Positions 48,020 through 57,101 of a stretch of DNA of 64,000 nt are shown here, in pieces. The notes below the pieces were generated by a model that saw only the letters and a program-made list of their open reading frames with translations, was not told where the DNA came from and searched no databases. Within the stretch, counting starts at the first letter, position 1, and the number at the start of each line of letters is the position of its first letter. Made by a program: the position numbers and the translations under genes. This DNA is from Candidatus Woesearchaeota archaeon (GTDB lineage Archaea; Nanobdellota; Nanobdellia; Woesearchaeales; JAGVXP01): positions 13,579 to 77,578 of the forward strand of contig JAGVXP010000050.1 of the NCBI GenBank assembly GCA_018303725.1. The letters run 5' to 3'.

Positions 48020-49054
48020 TTAAACCCATTTACCCAGCCCGGTTTGCTGTTTTGATTCCTTTTCTTTTTCTAATTTCTCTAAAGCGGAATTAACCCTCTC
48101 TTCAGAAAAATCATGCTTGTCAATAAGAATTTTCATTAATCTTTCCTTGTCAATGCCTTTCCATTCTAATTTAAAATCATTACTCACCGGCATGTTATTG
48201 ATCAGATAATATGCTTCTGTCCATGGAAAATCAAAATGCTCTTTCCATTTAGCTTCCAAAAACATTTTATCAAAATCCTTTCCATAATTCCTTACTAATT
48301 TTAAAGCATTCTTTGGCCCGATGCCCTTAACTCCCCCAGGATTGTAATCCGTTCCAACTAATAAGGCAACGGCTATTAATTGCTCTTGGTCTATTGATAA
48401 ATTGTTTAGATTTTCAGATAAATCGATAATCTCCGGCTTTACAGTCTCGTAAGCCAGCTGGTTGGCTTTCTTCCTTTTTCCTGCTATTGACAAGTTTCTG
48501 ACTAATTTTGGCGCTCCATGAATCAATGAGTCAAAATCCTGTGAAACAACAGCAAACGCCTTTCCCTCTTTGACAATATGCGCTGCCTGGGCCTCTCCTT
48601 CAGATAGCGCTTGCACAACCGGCAGCCCTAGCGCTTCTATAACTTGTTTAGCCTCTTCTACCATATCTTTGTCAAGCCTTGATGTTCTTGCAGCATATTT
48701 TTTCATCCCTTCTATATCTTCTTTTTTCTTGGCTTCCTCGTACAGCTTTCCGGCTTCTATTTTAAGCTCTTTCCGTCTTTCTCTTTCTTTTTCCTTCAGC
48801 TTTGGCGGTTTTCCATCAAAAACAAAAGCAAGTTTCAAGCCTTCTGACATCAGTTTTGTAGTTCTGTTAAATAAACCAACTAGATGGGAAGTTACATCGC
48901 CTTTGCTGTCCATTAGAACTGTTCCATCCCTTGCTCTTATTGTAGTTAAGAATTGATAAAGAACGTTGTAGCTGTCTACCGCTAAAACCTTCCCTTTTAA
49001 ATCTTCTATTGCTATTTCTTTTGCCACTATTATATCTTTGAATGCTATGCCCAT
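48020..49054 (-). CDS. fen: Flap endonuclease 1
   Basis: N-domain MGIAF..LKGK.LAVDSYNVLYQFL, I-domain SEGEAQAA..VSQDFDSL, H3TH GIGPKNALKLV. Confidence 0.9.
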   Translation of the reverse strand: MGIAFKDIIVAKEIAIEDLKGKVLAVDSYNVLYQFLTTIRARDGTVLMDSKGDVTSHLVGLFNRTTKLMSEGLKLAFVFDGKPPKLKEKERERRKELKIEAGKLYEEAKKKEDIEGMKKYAARTSRLDKDMVEEAKQVIEALGLPVVQALSEGEAQAAHIVKEGKAFAVVSQDFDSLIHGAPKLVRNLSIAGKRKKANQLAYETVKPEIIDLSENLNNLSIDQEQLIAVALLVGTDYNPGGVKGIGPKNALKLVRNYGKDFDKMFLEAKWKEHFDFPWTEAYYLINNMPVSNDFKLEWKGIDKERLMKILIDKHDFSEERVNSALEKLEKEKESKQQTGLGKWV

Positions 49055-49055
49055 T

Positions 49056-49976
49056 TTAGAGCTTATTAATGCTCATCCCTTTAAATTCTTTTTCTAAAAT
49101 TTCCTTTGCCTTTTTTGTAAGCTCGCCTTTTGTCAAGAATAAAACAGGCAACTTTTTTGACTGCGCTTGTATATAAACAGAGTTTAAATCGCCATCACTA
49201 ATTCTTTTTTTGCTTTTTGCTACACAAAAATATCTTAGATTGCCTACTGAAGATGGAACTTCAACTATAAAGCTTATTTCTGCATTTTTTCTTATTATTT
49301 TTTGCTCTGTTACTGATATTTTATTTTTGCTGAAATAGTTTTGGATTTCATTGAAGAACGTGTCTTTTAGCGGCTTTTCAGCTGCCCTTAATTTTTTGTC
49401 CTCAACTTCTGCGGGCTTAACCTCTTTTATTGTTTTCTGTTCTTCCTTTTTGATTTCTTTTACTGGCTTTTGCTCCTCTCTTTTTATTTCAGGCTTTTTG
49501 GCTTCAATTTCGCCCTTAACAGGCTCTTCTTTTATTGCTTTCAGCTGGGTTTTTATCAGCTCTTCTGCATCCTTTGTCGGCAGCAAATACCATTTCCAAA
49601 ATATCTCCTGATTGCCTTTGTAATTTACTTGTAAAGGAATTGCAAAATCTTTTATTGCCCTTAAAGCCACCCTAATGACAGGTTCGATGATATTGTCCCT
49701 CAAAATCTTTTTTTGATTTAACAAGGCATATGCCTCTTTTTCCCTTTCATGTAGATTAGATGAGAAATTTTGCAAAAGATGCTCTTGCCCTGGCAAATAA
49801 TAAAGGGGGGAGCCGCCTATTTTAACAGATGATATCTTTACTTTTTTATTAGAAGAAAGCTCTGAAAGATGAGCAGATGCCATCAGTATATCAGTTCCAA
49901 TCTCTTTAGAAACCTGCACAGGCAATATGGGTCCTTTTAGCCTTATAAATTCTATTATTTTATCCCTAATATCCAT
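49056..49976 (-). CDS. Winged-helix protein with KE-rich linker and C-terminal alpha/beta domain, unknown function
   Basis: Two N-terminal wH-like segments, a ~60-aa KEEPVK repeat linker, and a C-terminal domain (ISFIVEVPSS..YFCVAKSKK) reminiscent of a restriction-endonuclease-like fold. Assignment uncertain. Confidence 0.35.
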   Translation of the reverse strand: MDIRDKIIEFIRLKGPILPVQVSKEIGTDILMASAHLSELSSNKKVKISSVKIGGSPLYYLPGQEHLLQNFSSNLHEREKEAYALLNQKKILRDNIIEPVIRVALRAIKDFAIPLQVNYKGNQEIFWKWYLLPTKDAEELIKTQLKAIKEEPVKGEIEAKKPEIKREEQKPVKEIKKEEQKTIKEVKPAEVEDKKLRAAEKPLKDTFFNEIQNYFSKNKISVTEQKIIRKNAEISFIVEVPSSVGNLRYFCVAKSKKRISDGDLNSVYIQAQSKKLPVLFLTKGELTKKAKEILEKEFKGMSINKL

Positions 49977-50032
49977 AACAGAAAAATAAGTTGGTGCTGT
50001 TTATATATTTTATGTTAACTTTTTGTTACTGA

Positions 50033-50593
50033 TTAGGGTCTCATCCATCTAATCTCATAATAGGTTACATCGCTTTCTTCATCCACCACACCAATCATCA
50101 ATCTTTTCTTAGTAGAATGCGCTACCCTGTTTTTAGCTGCAAATTCATACCATGTCAAAGTAGAGCTCTCATGAACTGGGTAGATAATCCATTTGGCATG
50201 ATCCTCTCCTGGTTTTACGCCACGGTCATAAACCCTGAAATCTGCCCCAAATTTTAAAGCTGTTTTTATTATATAGCCCCTATTCCTTATGTCTTTAAAA
50301 ACACAGTATCTTATCCAAAAATTTGGTTCAACTTTTTGCGCTTTTTTAATGAATTTTTCAACATTGGTCTTCTTATTCCTGCCGTCTACAACCCTTACTC
50401 TGTTTTTTTCTACCAAATAAAGCGTTTCAAGCAAAGAAAGCTGAACTTTTCCATCCTCTAATAGGGTTCCATACCTCCCCTGATTATACAAATCTCTGGC
50501 GGCATCAGAGTTTTCGGTTAAGACTCTTTCTTTTGCAAATGTGGCCTTTACTATCTTTTTTTCTTCTTTTTGTGTTTTCTCTTCCTTAATCAT
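50033..50593 (-). CDS. endA: tRNA-splicing endonuclease catalytic subunit
   Basis: YCVFKDIRNRGYIIKTALKFGADFRVYDRG...HAKWIIYP is the EndA catalytic C-terminal domain. Confidence 0.8.
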   Translation of the reverse strand: MIKEEKTQKEEKKIVKATFAKERVLTENSDAARDLYNQGRYGTLLEDGKVQLSLLETLYLVEKNRVRVVDGRNKKTNVEKFIKKAQKVEPNFWIRYCVFKDIRNRGYIIKTALKFGADFRVYDRGVKPGEDHAKWIIYPVHESSTLTWYEFAAKNRVAHSTKKRLMIGVVDEESDVTYYEIRWMRP

Positions 50594-50692
50594 AGCTTAG
50601 TGAGGGTTGTATTTCAGTTTAAAAAGTTATCTTTTGTTTAATTATTTTCAATATAGAAGATAATTAATAAACAATAAATATTATATATTAAC

Positions 50693-51601
50693 TTGTATTC
50701 CGGAATCAGTATGGAAATAATATTTTTAGGCACTTCTTCTATGGTGCCGACAAAGGAAAGAAACCAAAGCGCTGTTTTAATTAGCTATAAAATCCATGGA
50801 ATATTGATAGATTGCGGAGAGGGAACCCAAAGGCAGCTTAAATTAGCAGGAATTCCGGTAACAAAAATAACTAAAATATTGATAACACATTGGCATGGCG
50901 ACCATACATTTGGCTTACCGGGTTTGATATCAACAATGGGTGCTTCTAATTATAATAAGACGCTGGAGATATATGGCCCCAAAGGAACAAAAAAGAAAAT
51001 AGAGAATATGTTTAATGCCTTTGTTTTTGACAGAAGAATTGAGTTAAAAATAATAGAGATCGAGCAGGGAAAATTCTTTGAAAATGATGAGTTTTGTTTA
51101 GAAGCATTGCCTCTGAATCATGGTATAGAAACATTTGGCTACAACCTTATAGAGAAGGATAGGAGAAAGATTGATGTCAAAGCAGTTAAAAAATTAGGCA
51201 TTCCAGAAGGCCCATTGCTGGGTAAATTACAGGATGGTAAGGCGATTAGATTTAAAGATAAAAAAATAGCGCCAGAAGAGACAACATATGCAATTAAAGG
51301 TAAAAAAATAAGTATTATCTCGGATACCTCTCCGTGCAACAACTGTTATAAGCTAGCAGAGAATGCTGATATATTAATTTGCGAATCTACTTATGAATCA
51401 ACCTTGGAGGAAAAGGGAGAAGCATATTCCCATATGACAGCAAAACAAGCAGCTGAAATAGCAAATAAAGCTAATGTTAAAAGGCTTATATTAACGCACT
51501 TCTCCGCTAGATACAATGATATTAAGCATGTGGAAGATGATGCTAAACAGATATTTAATGATAGCGTTGCTGCTTGGGATTTGATGAAAATTAATTTATA
51601 G
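50693..51601 (+). CDS. rnz: Ribonuclease Z (metallo-beta-lactamase fold, tRNA 3' processing)
   Basis: IFLGTSSMVP..ILIDCGEGTQRQL...ILITHWHGDHTFGLPGL (HxHxDH), and the C-terminal LTHFSARY motif. Confidence 0.75.
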   Translation: MYSGISMEIIFLGTSSMVPTKERNQSAVLISYKIHGILIDCGEGTQRQLKLAGIPVTKITKILITHWHGDHTFGLPGLISTMGASNYNKTLEIYGPKGTKKKIENMFNAFVFDRRIELKIIEIEQGKFFENDEFCLEALPLNHGIETFGYNLIEKDRRKIDVKAVKKLGIPEGPLLGKLQDGKAIRFKDKKIAPEETTYAIKGKKISIISDTSPCNNCYKLAENADILICESTYESTLEEKGEAYSHMTAKQAAEIANKANVKRLILTHFSARYNDIKHVEDDAKQIFNDSVAAWDLMKINL

Positions 51602-51696
51602 CAAACGCACTAAATTATCATGATAGATAATGCGTTTGCTATATCAGAACGAACGAAACAATTTTTATAGATATTTTCGTCCGTTAGCTATATAAA

Positions 51697-52083
51697 ATGA
51701 GCCGCAAATCTAAAGGTATAAATGCTGAAAGAGACCTAATTCATAAATTTTGGTCTAAGGATTGGGCTTGTATAAGGGTGGCTGGTTCAGGTTCAATGAG
51801 ATACCCTTCTTCAGATATATTGGCTTCAAATAAGCTGAGAAGATTGGCAATAGAATGCAAAACATCTGGAGAAAAAAACAGGTACCTTACTAAAGAAGAA
51901 GTCCAGCAACTAAAGACATTTGCGGAATTATTTGGGGCAGAGCCTTGGGTGGCGATTAAATTTGATAGGAAAGGGTGGTTTTTTTTAACCCTAGATGATT
52001 TAGAGGATAGCGGCTCCAATTTTGTTATATCTTCAGAAAGGGTAATGAATAAGGGGCTCTTGTTTGAAGAATTAATTAAATAA
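51697..52083 (+). CDS. hjc: Holliday junction resolvase Hjc
   Basis: GINAERDLIHKFWSKDWACIRVAGSG...DILASNKLRRLAIECKTSG is the Hjc PD-(D/E)xK core. Confidence 0.8.
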   Translation: MSRKSKGINAERDLIHKFWSKDWACIRVAGSGSMRYPSSDILASNKLRRLAIECKTSGEKNRYLTKEEVQQLKTFAELFGAEPWVAIKFDRKGWFFLTLDDLEDSGSNFVISSERVMNKGLLFEELIK

Positions 52084-52091
52084 GAAAAAAA

Positions 52092-52316
52092 TTATTTTTT
52101 CTTTCTTCCAAGTTCTTTTTCTATTTTCCTTTCTTCTCTCTCTATTTTTAGTTCCTCTGCTGCTATTCTTGCTGCTATTCTCTCTATATTCTCATCCATC
52201 CTAGCAATTCTTCTCTCTATCAGGACTAAAACCCTCAAAGAATATACTATCGCAGCTAATGTGCCAACAATAACCGCCAGTGTAAACTCTTGGATACCAA
52301 TAATGCCTAATGCCAT
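52092..52316 (-). CDS. Small single-TM coiled-coil protein, unknown
   Basis: 74 aa with a hydrophobic N-terminal helix then IERIAARIAAEELKIEREERKIEKEL. Confidence 0.3.
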   Translation of the reverse strand: MALGIIGIQEFTLAVIVGTLAAIVYSLRVLVLIERRIARMDENIERIAARIAAEELKIEREERKIEKELGRKKK

Positions 52317-52422
52317 TTTATTTACACCTCTTTTTTATTAATTACTATTATTTTTATTTATAAATTATCTTATAGTATATAAATCTTTGTTTTAATTTAA
52401 AGTTAATGACAAGAAATAGGCC

Positions 52423-53190
52423 CTAAATAGCTTTCATCCTTTTCCATTCGCTGTCAAACATCCTTTCTAAAGCGCCAGCAAATAGTTTTGTATTGATCCA
52501 TACGCCAACATCATAACTGGGGTGTACACTTTCATCATTTAGCAATATAAGCGTTAGTTCCTTTCCATCAACCAAACAAAATCTTGCTTTAATATTGGTA
52601 TTTTTTATTTCAGCTATTTTGGAAAAATCCTTTATTTGTGATAAGATGTCTTTTGTTATTGGCGCAGCTACCCTTATTTTTACCCCTCTTTGTTTTGCTT
52701 TCAACAAGGTGTATTTTAAAATTTCAAGCTTTCTTAATAAACCCTGGGTGGTGGTCATTATTGTAATAGATTTCTGAGCGCCTTTGATCATAGTTTCTAG
52801 ATGATTGTATAGGTTATCGCGTCCTTTTAATGATCCTGACAAATCAACTGGCTCTACTAGTTCAATGCCTTGTGTATGCAATAAATTTAATTCGTTGATT
52901 ATCTCCCCAACTTTTAATTGTTCTATTGTTTTTAATTCCCTCTCAGAATTGTCCTTAATCTTTTTCTTGACTCTTTCAAGAACCTCATTGGGCGGAACTG
53001 CTATATATTTGATTGGCTTTCCAAGCTTCATTATTATAAAGCCCTTCTTTTCTAAACTTTCTAAAACATCATAGCTTCTGCTTCTTGGCACATTGGCAAT
53101 GTCAGAAAGCTCTCCTGCTGTGCTTACACCCCTGGAAAGCTTATAAATCTTTCGATTTTGTTGCCATTTTAGAGTAACAAAAACAATCAT
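52423..53190 (-). CDS. TrmB-family transcriptional regulator paralog 2 (intact)
   Basis: N-terminal wHTH (...KIYKLSRGVSTAGELSDIANVPRSRSYDVLESLEKKGF) plus a TrmB-like C-terminal domain. About 65% aa identity to paralog 1, except for a 99-nt segment with 100% nt identity. Confidence 0.7.
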   Translation of the reverse strand: MIVFVTLKWQQNRKIYKLSRGVSTAGELSDIANVPRSRSYDVLESLEKKGFIIMKLGKPIKYIAVPPNEVLERVKKKIKDNSERELKTIEQLKVGEIINELNLLHTQGIELVEPVDLSGSLKGRDNLYNHLETMIKGAQKSITIMTTTQGLLRKLEILKYTLLKAKQRGVKIRVAAPITKDILSQIKDFSKIAEIKNTNIKARFCLVDGKELTLILLNDESVHPSYDVGVWINTKLFAGALERMFDSEWKRMKAI

Positions 53191-53303
53191 AAAAGAAAAA
53201 TTTATATAGTAAACTGCACACCCTACAGGCTATGAAAACTGCTATAGCAATAAAAAGGGGCATCTTCTTAGCTATAGCCATTATAATTATTATTATATGA
53301 TTA

Positions 53304-53377
53304 GTCCTTATTCTTCTGAATAAAGGACCATTGTTTCTGATTAAAATGATAAAATTAATATGTCAGAAATGCAAAGC
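53304..53377. promoter_or_regulatory. Divergent promoter region with two palindromes: GTCCTTATTC-TTCTG-AATAAAGGAC and TCAGAAATGC-AAA-GCATTTCTGA
   Basis: A perfect 10-bp-arm palindrome at 53355-53377 and a near-palindrome at 53304-53328 lie between TrmB paralog 2 (-) and leuA/cimA (+). The core is shared with 31277-31296. Confidence 0.5.
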
Positions 53378-53441
53378 ATTTCTGATCATGCTTAAAAACC
53401 AAAAGGTTTTTAACAAACAATAAATCAAAAGGTGAAATTAA

Positions 53442-55004
53442 ATGAGGATAACAATATTTGACACAACGCTTAGGGATGGAAGCCAAAGCAGGAATATAAG
53501 CTTTTCAGTTAGGGATAAGATTGAGATAGCTAAAGCTCTTGATGATTTTGGCGTTGATTATATTGAGCTGGGATGGCCTGGAAGCAATGAAAATGATATG
53601 CAGACATTTTTGGAGGCCTCTAAATTAAGATTAAAAAATGCTAAGATGGTTGCATTTGGCTCGACAAGAAGGAAAGGTATAAAGGCTGAAGAAGACAGTA
53701 ATTTAAATGCAATATTAGAAAGCAAAGCAAAAGTTGCATGCATTTTTGGCAAAACCTGGCTACATCATGTAGAGATGCAATTGAAGGTAACGCCAAAAGA
53801 GAATTTAGAAGCAATAGAAGATAGTATTAGGTTTTTGAAGGGCAAAGGGTTTGATGTATTCTATGACCTGGAGCATTTCTTTGACGGCTTTAAGCATGAT
53901 AAAAAATATGCCCTGGAATGCTTAAGGGTAGCTGCTAATGCAGGAGCTAGCTGCCTGGTTTTATGCGACACAAATGGTGGTTGTTTGCCTGATGAGGTCA
54001 GAAAAATAGTTTCAGAAGTTAATGAGTTCATGAAAAAAAATAAAATAAAAACAGAGCTTGGCATTCATATGCATAATGACTCCGGCTTTGCAACTGCAAA
54101 TACCTTTGAAGCTGTTAAGCTTGGTGTTGCACAGCTGCAATTAACTGTGAATGGCTTTGGAGAAAGGTCGGGAAATGCAGATTTATGCTTGTTGATTCCT
54201 GCTTTAATCTTAAAGGAAAAAATGAAACTGCCAAAAATTAAATTAGGTACATTAACAGAACTAAGCAGGTTAGTTTATACTCTAGCTAACACAAAACCAA
54301 ATCCTGCACAGCCATATGTTGGAAAAAATGCTTTCTCACATAAAGGAGGCATTCATGTGGATGCAATGGTAAAGGGAGCAACTTATGAGCATATAAAGCC
54401 GGAATTGGTTGGCAACAGAAGCGACATAGTTTTATCTGAGTTAAGCGGAAAAGCAAATATTGTTGCTACAGCAAAGAAATTTGGCTATAAGGTTGATAAA
54501 AACAATCCCCAAGTTATGGATATGCTGAAGGAAATTGAAAAACTTGAAAGCAAAGGCTATGATCTTGGCAATCTGCCTGCAGAGCAGCTTTTGTTGGTTG
54601 AGAAATTTTTTGGAAAAAATAAAGAGTTTTTTAAGATAGAAACATGGAAAGTAATGTCAGAGCAAAGAAATGGTGAATTTTCAGAAAGTGTAATTACTGG
54701 TATAGTGGATGGTAAAGAAAGGCAGGTAGTTGCTCCAGTTAAAGGCGGCCCAGTTGATGCCATATATAGTGCCTTAATAAAGCTTATAGCAGCAAATTAC
54801 AAGCAAATAGAAACTGTAAAGCTGATAAACTACAAGGTTATGATAGCGCAGGACCAGGGAGCAGAAAGCTCTGTAAGGGTTTATATCGAGTTTAAAGACG
54901 GCAGCGAGGAGTGGGGCACAGTTGGTGTAAGCACAAACATACTAGAGGCAAGTTTAGAGGCAATAGAGAAAGGGTTCAGGTATTTCTTGTTGAGGAATTG
55001 TTAG
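53442..55004 (+). CDS. 2-isopropylmalate synthase / (R)-citramalate synthase family (LeuA/CimA) with C-terminal regulatory domain
   Basis: TIFDTTLRDGSQS, ELGWPG, HMHNDSGFATANT, and the C-terminal LeuA-dimer domain. Confidence 0.85.
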   Translation: MRITIFDTTLRDGSQSRNISFSVRDKIEIAKALDDFGVDYIELGWPGSNENDMQTFLEASKLRLKNAKMVAFGSTRRKGIKAEEDSNLNAILESKAKVACIFGKTWLHHVEMQLKVTPKENLEAIEDSIRFLKGKGFDVFYDLEHFFDGFKHDKKYALECLRVAANAGASCLVLCDTNGGCLPDEVRKIVSEVNEFMKKNKIKTELGIHMHNDSGFATANTFEAVKLGVAQLQLTVNGFGERSGNADLCLLIPALILKEKMKLPKIKLGTLTELSRLVYTLANTKPNPAQPYVGKNAFSHKGGIHVDAMVKGATYEHIKPELVGNRSDIVLSELSGKANIVATAKKFGYKVDKNNPQVMDMLKEIEKLESKGYDLGNLPAEQLLLVEKFFGKNKEFFKIETWKVMSEQRNGEFSESVITGIVDGKERQVVAPVKGGPVDAIYSALIKLIAANYKQIETVKLINYKVMIAQDQGAESSVRVYIEFKDGSEEWGTVGVSTNILEASLEAIEKGFRYFLLRNC

Positions 55005-55107
55005 GTTATTTGTATTCGAATTTTTCTATAGTTCTAAGAACGGAAAACGAAAGGTTTATATATAAGTACACATATATTATGTATACACACATAAAGGAGG
55101 AATAAAA

Positions 55108-55335
55108 ATGGTAACCATGACTTTAGCAGTTCCGGGTGAACTAAGAAATAAAATGGAATTGTTTCCTGAAATAAATTGGTCCGAAGTAGCTAGACAAGCA
55201 TTTAATCAAAAGATTAGTGATTTAGAATTTCTTAGGAAATTCAAATCTAAGAGTAAATTTACTGAAGAAGATGCTCTAAGGCTAGGAGCAGAAGTAAGCA
55301 GGAAAGTTGCAGAAAGGCACAAAAGGGGCAATTAA
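55108..55335 (+). CDS. VapB-like antitoxin
   Basis: 75-aa ORF directly abutting a PIN-domain gene. Acidic/basic pattern typical of archaeal antitoxins. Confidence 0.45.
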   Translation: MVTMTLAVPGELRNKMELFPEINWSEVARQAFNQKISDLEFLRKFKSKSKFTEEDALRLGAEVSRKVAERHKRGN

Positions 55336-55743
55336 ATGGAGCTCGTTGTTGATGCTAATATCCGTTTTGCAGCTTTAATAAAAGTTAGTGCTACTTCTGA
55401 CTTAATAGTTGACAATTCATTAAATCTTAGTTCAGTTGAGTTTATTTTTTCTGAATTTGAGAAATATAAAGATCTGATTAAAGAGAAAACAGAAAGATCA
55501 GAGGAAGAGTTTGAAAGATTTATAGAAATAATTCAGAAGAAAATAAAATTAATTCCTTATGAAGAATTTGAACCTTTTATAAAAGAAGCAGAAAAAATAT
55601 CTCCCGACCCAAAAGATACTGAATATTTAGCTTTAGCATTAAAGTTAAATTGTGCTTTCTGGTCAAATGATAAAAAATTAAAAACGCAAAATAAAGTTAA
55701 AGTTTATTCTACAGAAGACCTAAAGAATGAGCTTAAGAAGTGA
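55336..55743 (+). CDS. vapC: PIN-domain protein (VapC-like toxin)
   Basis: N-terminal VVDANIRFAALIK (first acidic residue), ...SVEF.. , C-terminal DTEYLALALKLNCAFWSNDKKL. Confidence 0.65.
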   Translation: MELVVDANIRFAALIKVSATSDLIVDNSLNLSSVEFIFSEFEKYKDLIKEKTERSEEEFERFIEIIQKKIKLIPYEEFEPFIKEAEKISPDPKDTEYLALALKLNCAFWSNDKKLKTQNKVKVYSTEDLKNELKK

Positions 55744-55818
55744 AATTGCGGGGCTCTGACTGTTTTAGTGTAAGCGACCCAATTTCTCGTTTAAGTGGTG
55801 TTAAAATCAATTATTACT

Positions 55819-56916
55819 CGTGGCACACCAACATAATAACATTTATATAATTCATTAATATACTCATATTCATGAGTCGGTGTATTATTTGCTGGCAAGA
55901 ATTTAAAAAAATAAATAATCGTCAGAAATACTGTTCAAAAAAATGTTACAATGTTAAAGTTAGAAGATTAACAAATAAGTATATTCTTAATAAAAAACAA
56001 TGCGAGTTATGCAATAAAACATTCATTCCAAATAAAAATCACCCCAAAGCAAAATTTTGTTCTAAAAAATGTAATAAGAAAAACTATTATCTAGAACATC
56101 GCAATCTAACATTAAAGTATCCTCATTTGTGGGATGCAAAAAAGTATTGTAAATTTTGTAATCGTCTAATAAAGTTTAATCGTAATAATTATATAGTTTC
56201 TGAATTGGCTCGTAAATTTTGCAGTGAAAAGTGTAGACGTGCTTTGGCCAATATAAAAAGGAGGAAACACATTCTAAAAGAAAAAGAATGTTTATATTGC
56301 AAGGGTATTTTCAAACCTCATTATTTACACCCGCAAACAAGATTTTGCTCTTATAAATGTAATGCGGCATATAACTACTATAATAAATATAAATCTTTAA
56401 TTTCTAAGTACCCTAAAGGATTTGAAACTATCAAACATTGTAAGAAATGCGGCAAACAAATAATTTTTGATAAATCAAAACCGATGAATACCGAACTTAT
56501 CAGGAATTATTGTAGTAATAAATGTAGAAGTAAAGAATCTCATTATAGATTCAAAATAAAAAACCCAGAGGGATACAAAGAAAAGATTAAAAGAAGAAGG
56601 CAGAGTGAGAAAGGAAAGATTGCACACAGATTTTCTGCTAAAAAGAGAAAATATATGTTAAAAAATATTATAACCGCTTATACTGCAAAAGAAGAGATGG
56701 AATTAAAATCAAAGGGCATATGTTTTGGTTATAAAAGAAAGCCTCATTTTGTAGGCAAATCTCAATTAGAGATAGATCACAAATGCCCCGTTTCTAAAGC
56801 AAATAAATATTATATTAAAACGGGCAAAAAAAAGAGATACACTATAAAAAATGTTCAACCTTTATGTCGAGATTGTAATCAAGAAAAATTAGATAAGATT
56901 TAGTTGGTGCGCCCCT
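55819..56916. mobile_element. Putative HNH homing-endonuclease cassette bounded by imperfect inverted repeats
   Basis: CGTGGCACACCAAC (55819-55832) is the reverse complement of GTTGGTGCGCC (56904-56914), 11 of 13 matching. The pair brackets only the ZnF-HNH ORF. Confidence 0.3.
55872..56903 (+). CDS. HNH endonuclease fused to five tandem FCS/MYM-like zinc fingers
   Basis: Five ~45-aa repeats of CxxC-x12-17-[FY]CSxKC (for example CELCNKTF...AKFCSKKC). C-terminal HNH: EIDHKCPVSKAN...NVQPLCRDCNQEK. Confidence 0.65.
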   Translation: MSRCIICWQEFKKINNRQKYCSKKCYNVKVRRLTNKYILNKKQCELCNKTFIPNKNHPKAKFCSKKCNKKNYYLEHRNLTLKYPHLWDAKKYCKFCNRLIKFNRNNYIVSELARKFCSEKCRRALANIKRRKHILKEKECLYCKGIFKPHYLHPQTRFCSYKCNAAYNYYNKYKSLISKYPKGFETIKHCKKCGKQIIFDKSKPMNTELIRNYCSNKCRSKESHYRFKIKNPEGYKEKIKRRRQSEKGKIAHRFSAKKRKYMLKNIITAYTAKEEMELKSKGICFGYKRKPHFVGKSQLEIDHKCPVSKANKYYIKTGKKKRYTIKNVQPLCRDCNQEKLDKI

Positions 56917-56958
56917 TCCGTCATAACTTCCCCTTTTCTCCACACGAAACCAAGGGGG

Positions 56959-57073
56959 TTTATAAACTCCAATAGCTCTATTTAAAAAGCAAAGTCTTTA
57001 TAAATAACCTTTGTTTAAAAAGGTTTATAAATAAAACTGCATTTTAAAAATTAAATTTGGCTTTTTAAAGCCA
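56959..57073 (+). promoter_or_regulatory. TBP upstream region: three TTTATAAA(T)A boxes plus palindrome TGGCTTTTTAAAGCCA
   Basis: Boxes at 56959, 56998 and 57024. A perfect 7-bp-arm palindrome at 57058-57073. The SD GGGGGTGGA is followed by the ATG at 57102. Confidence 0.3.
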
Positions 57074-57101
57074 ATAAAGTATAATTTGGGGGTGGATTTG
57101 A

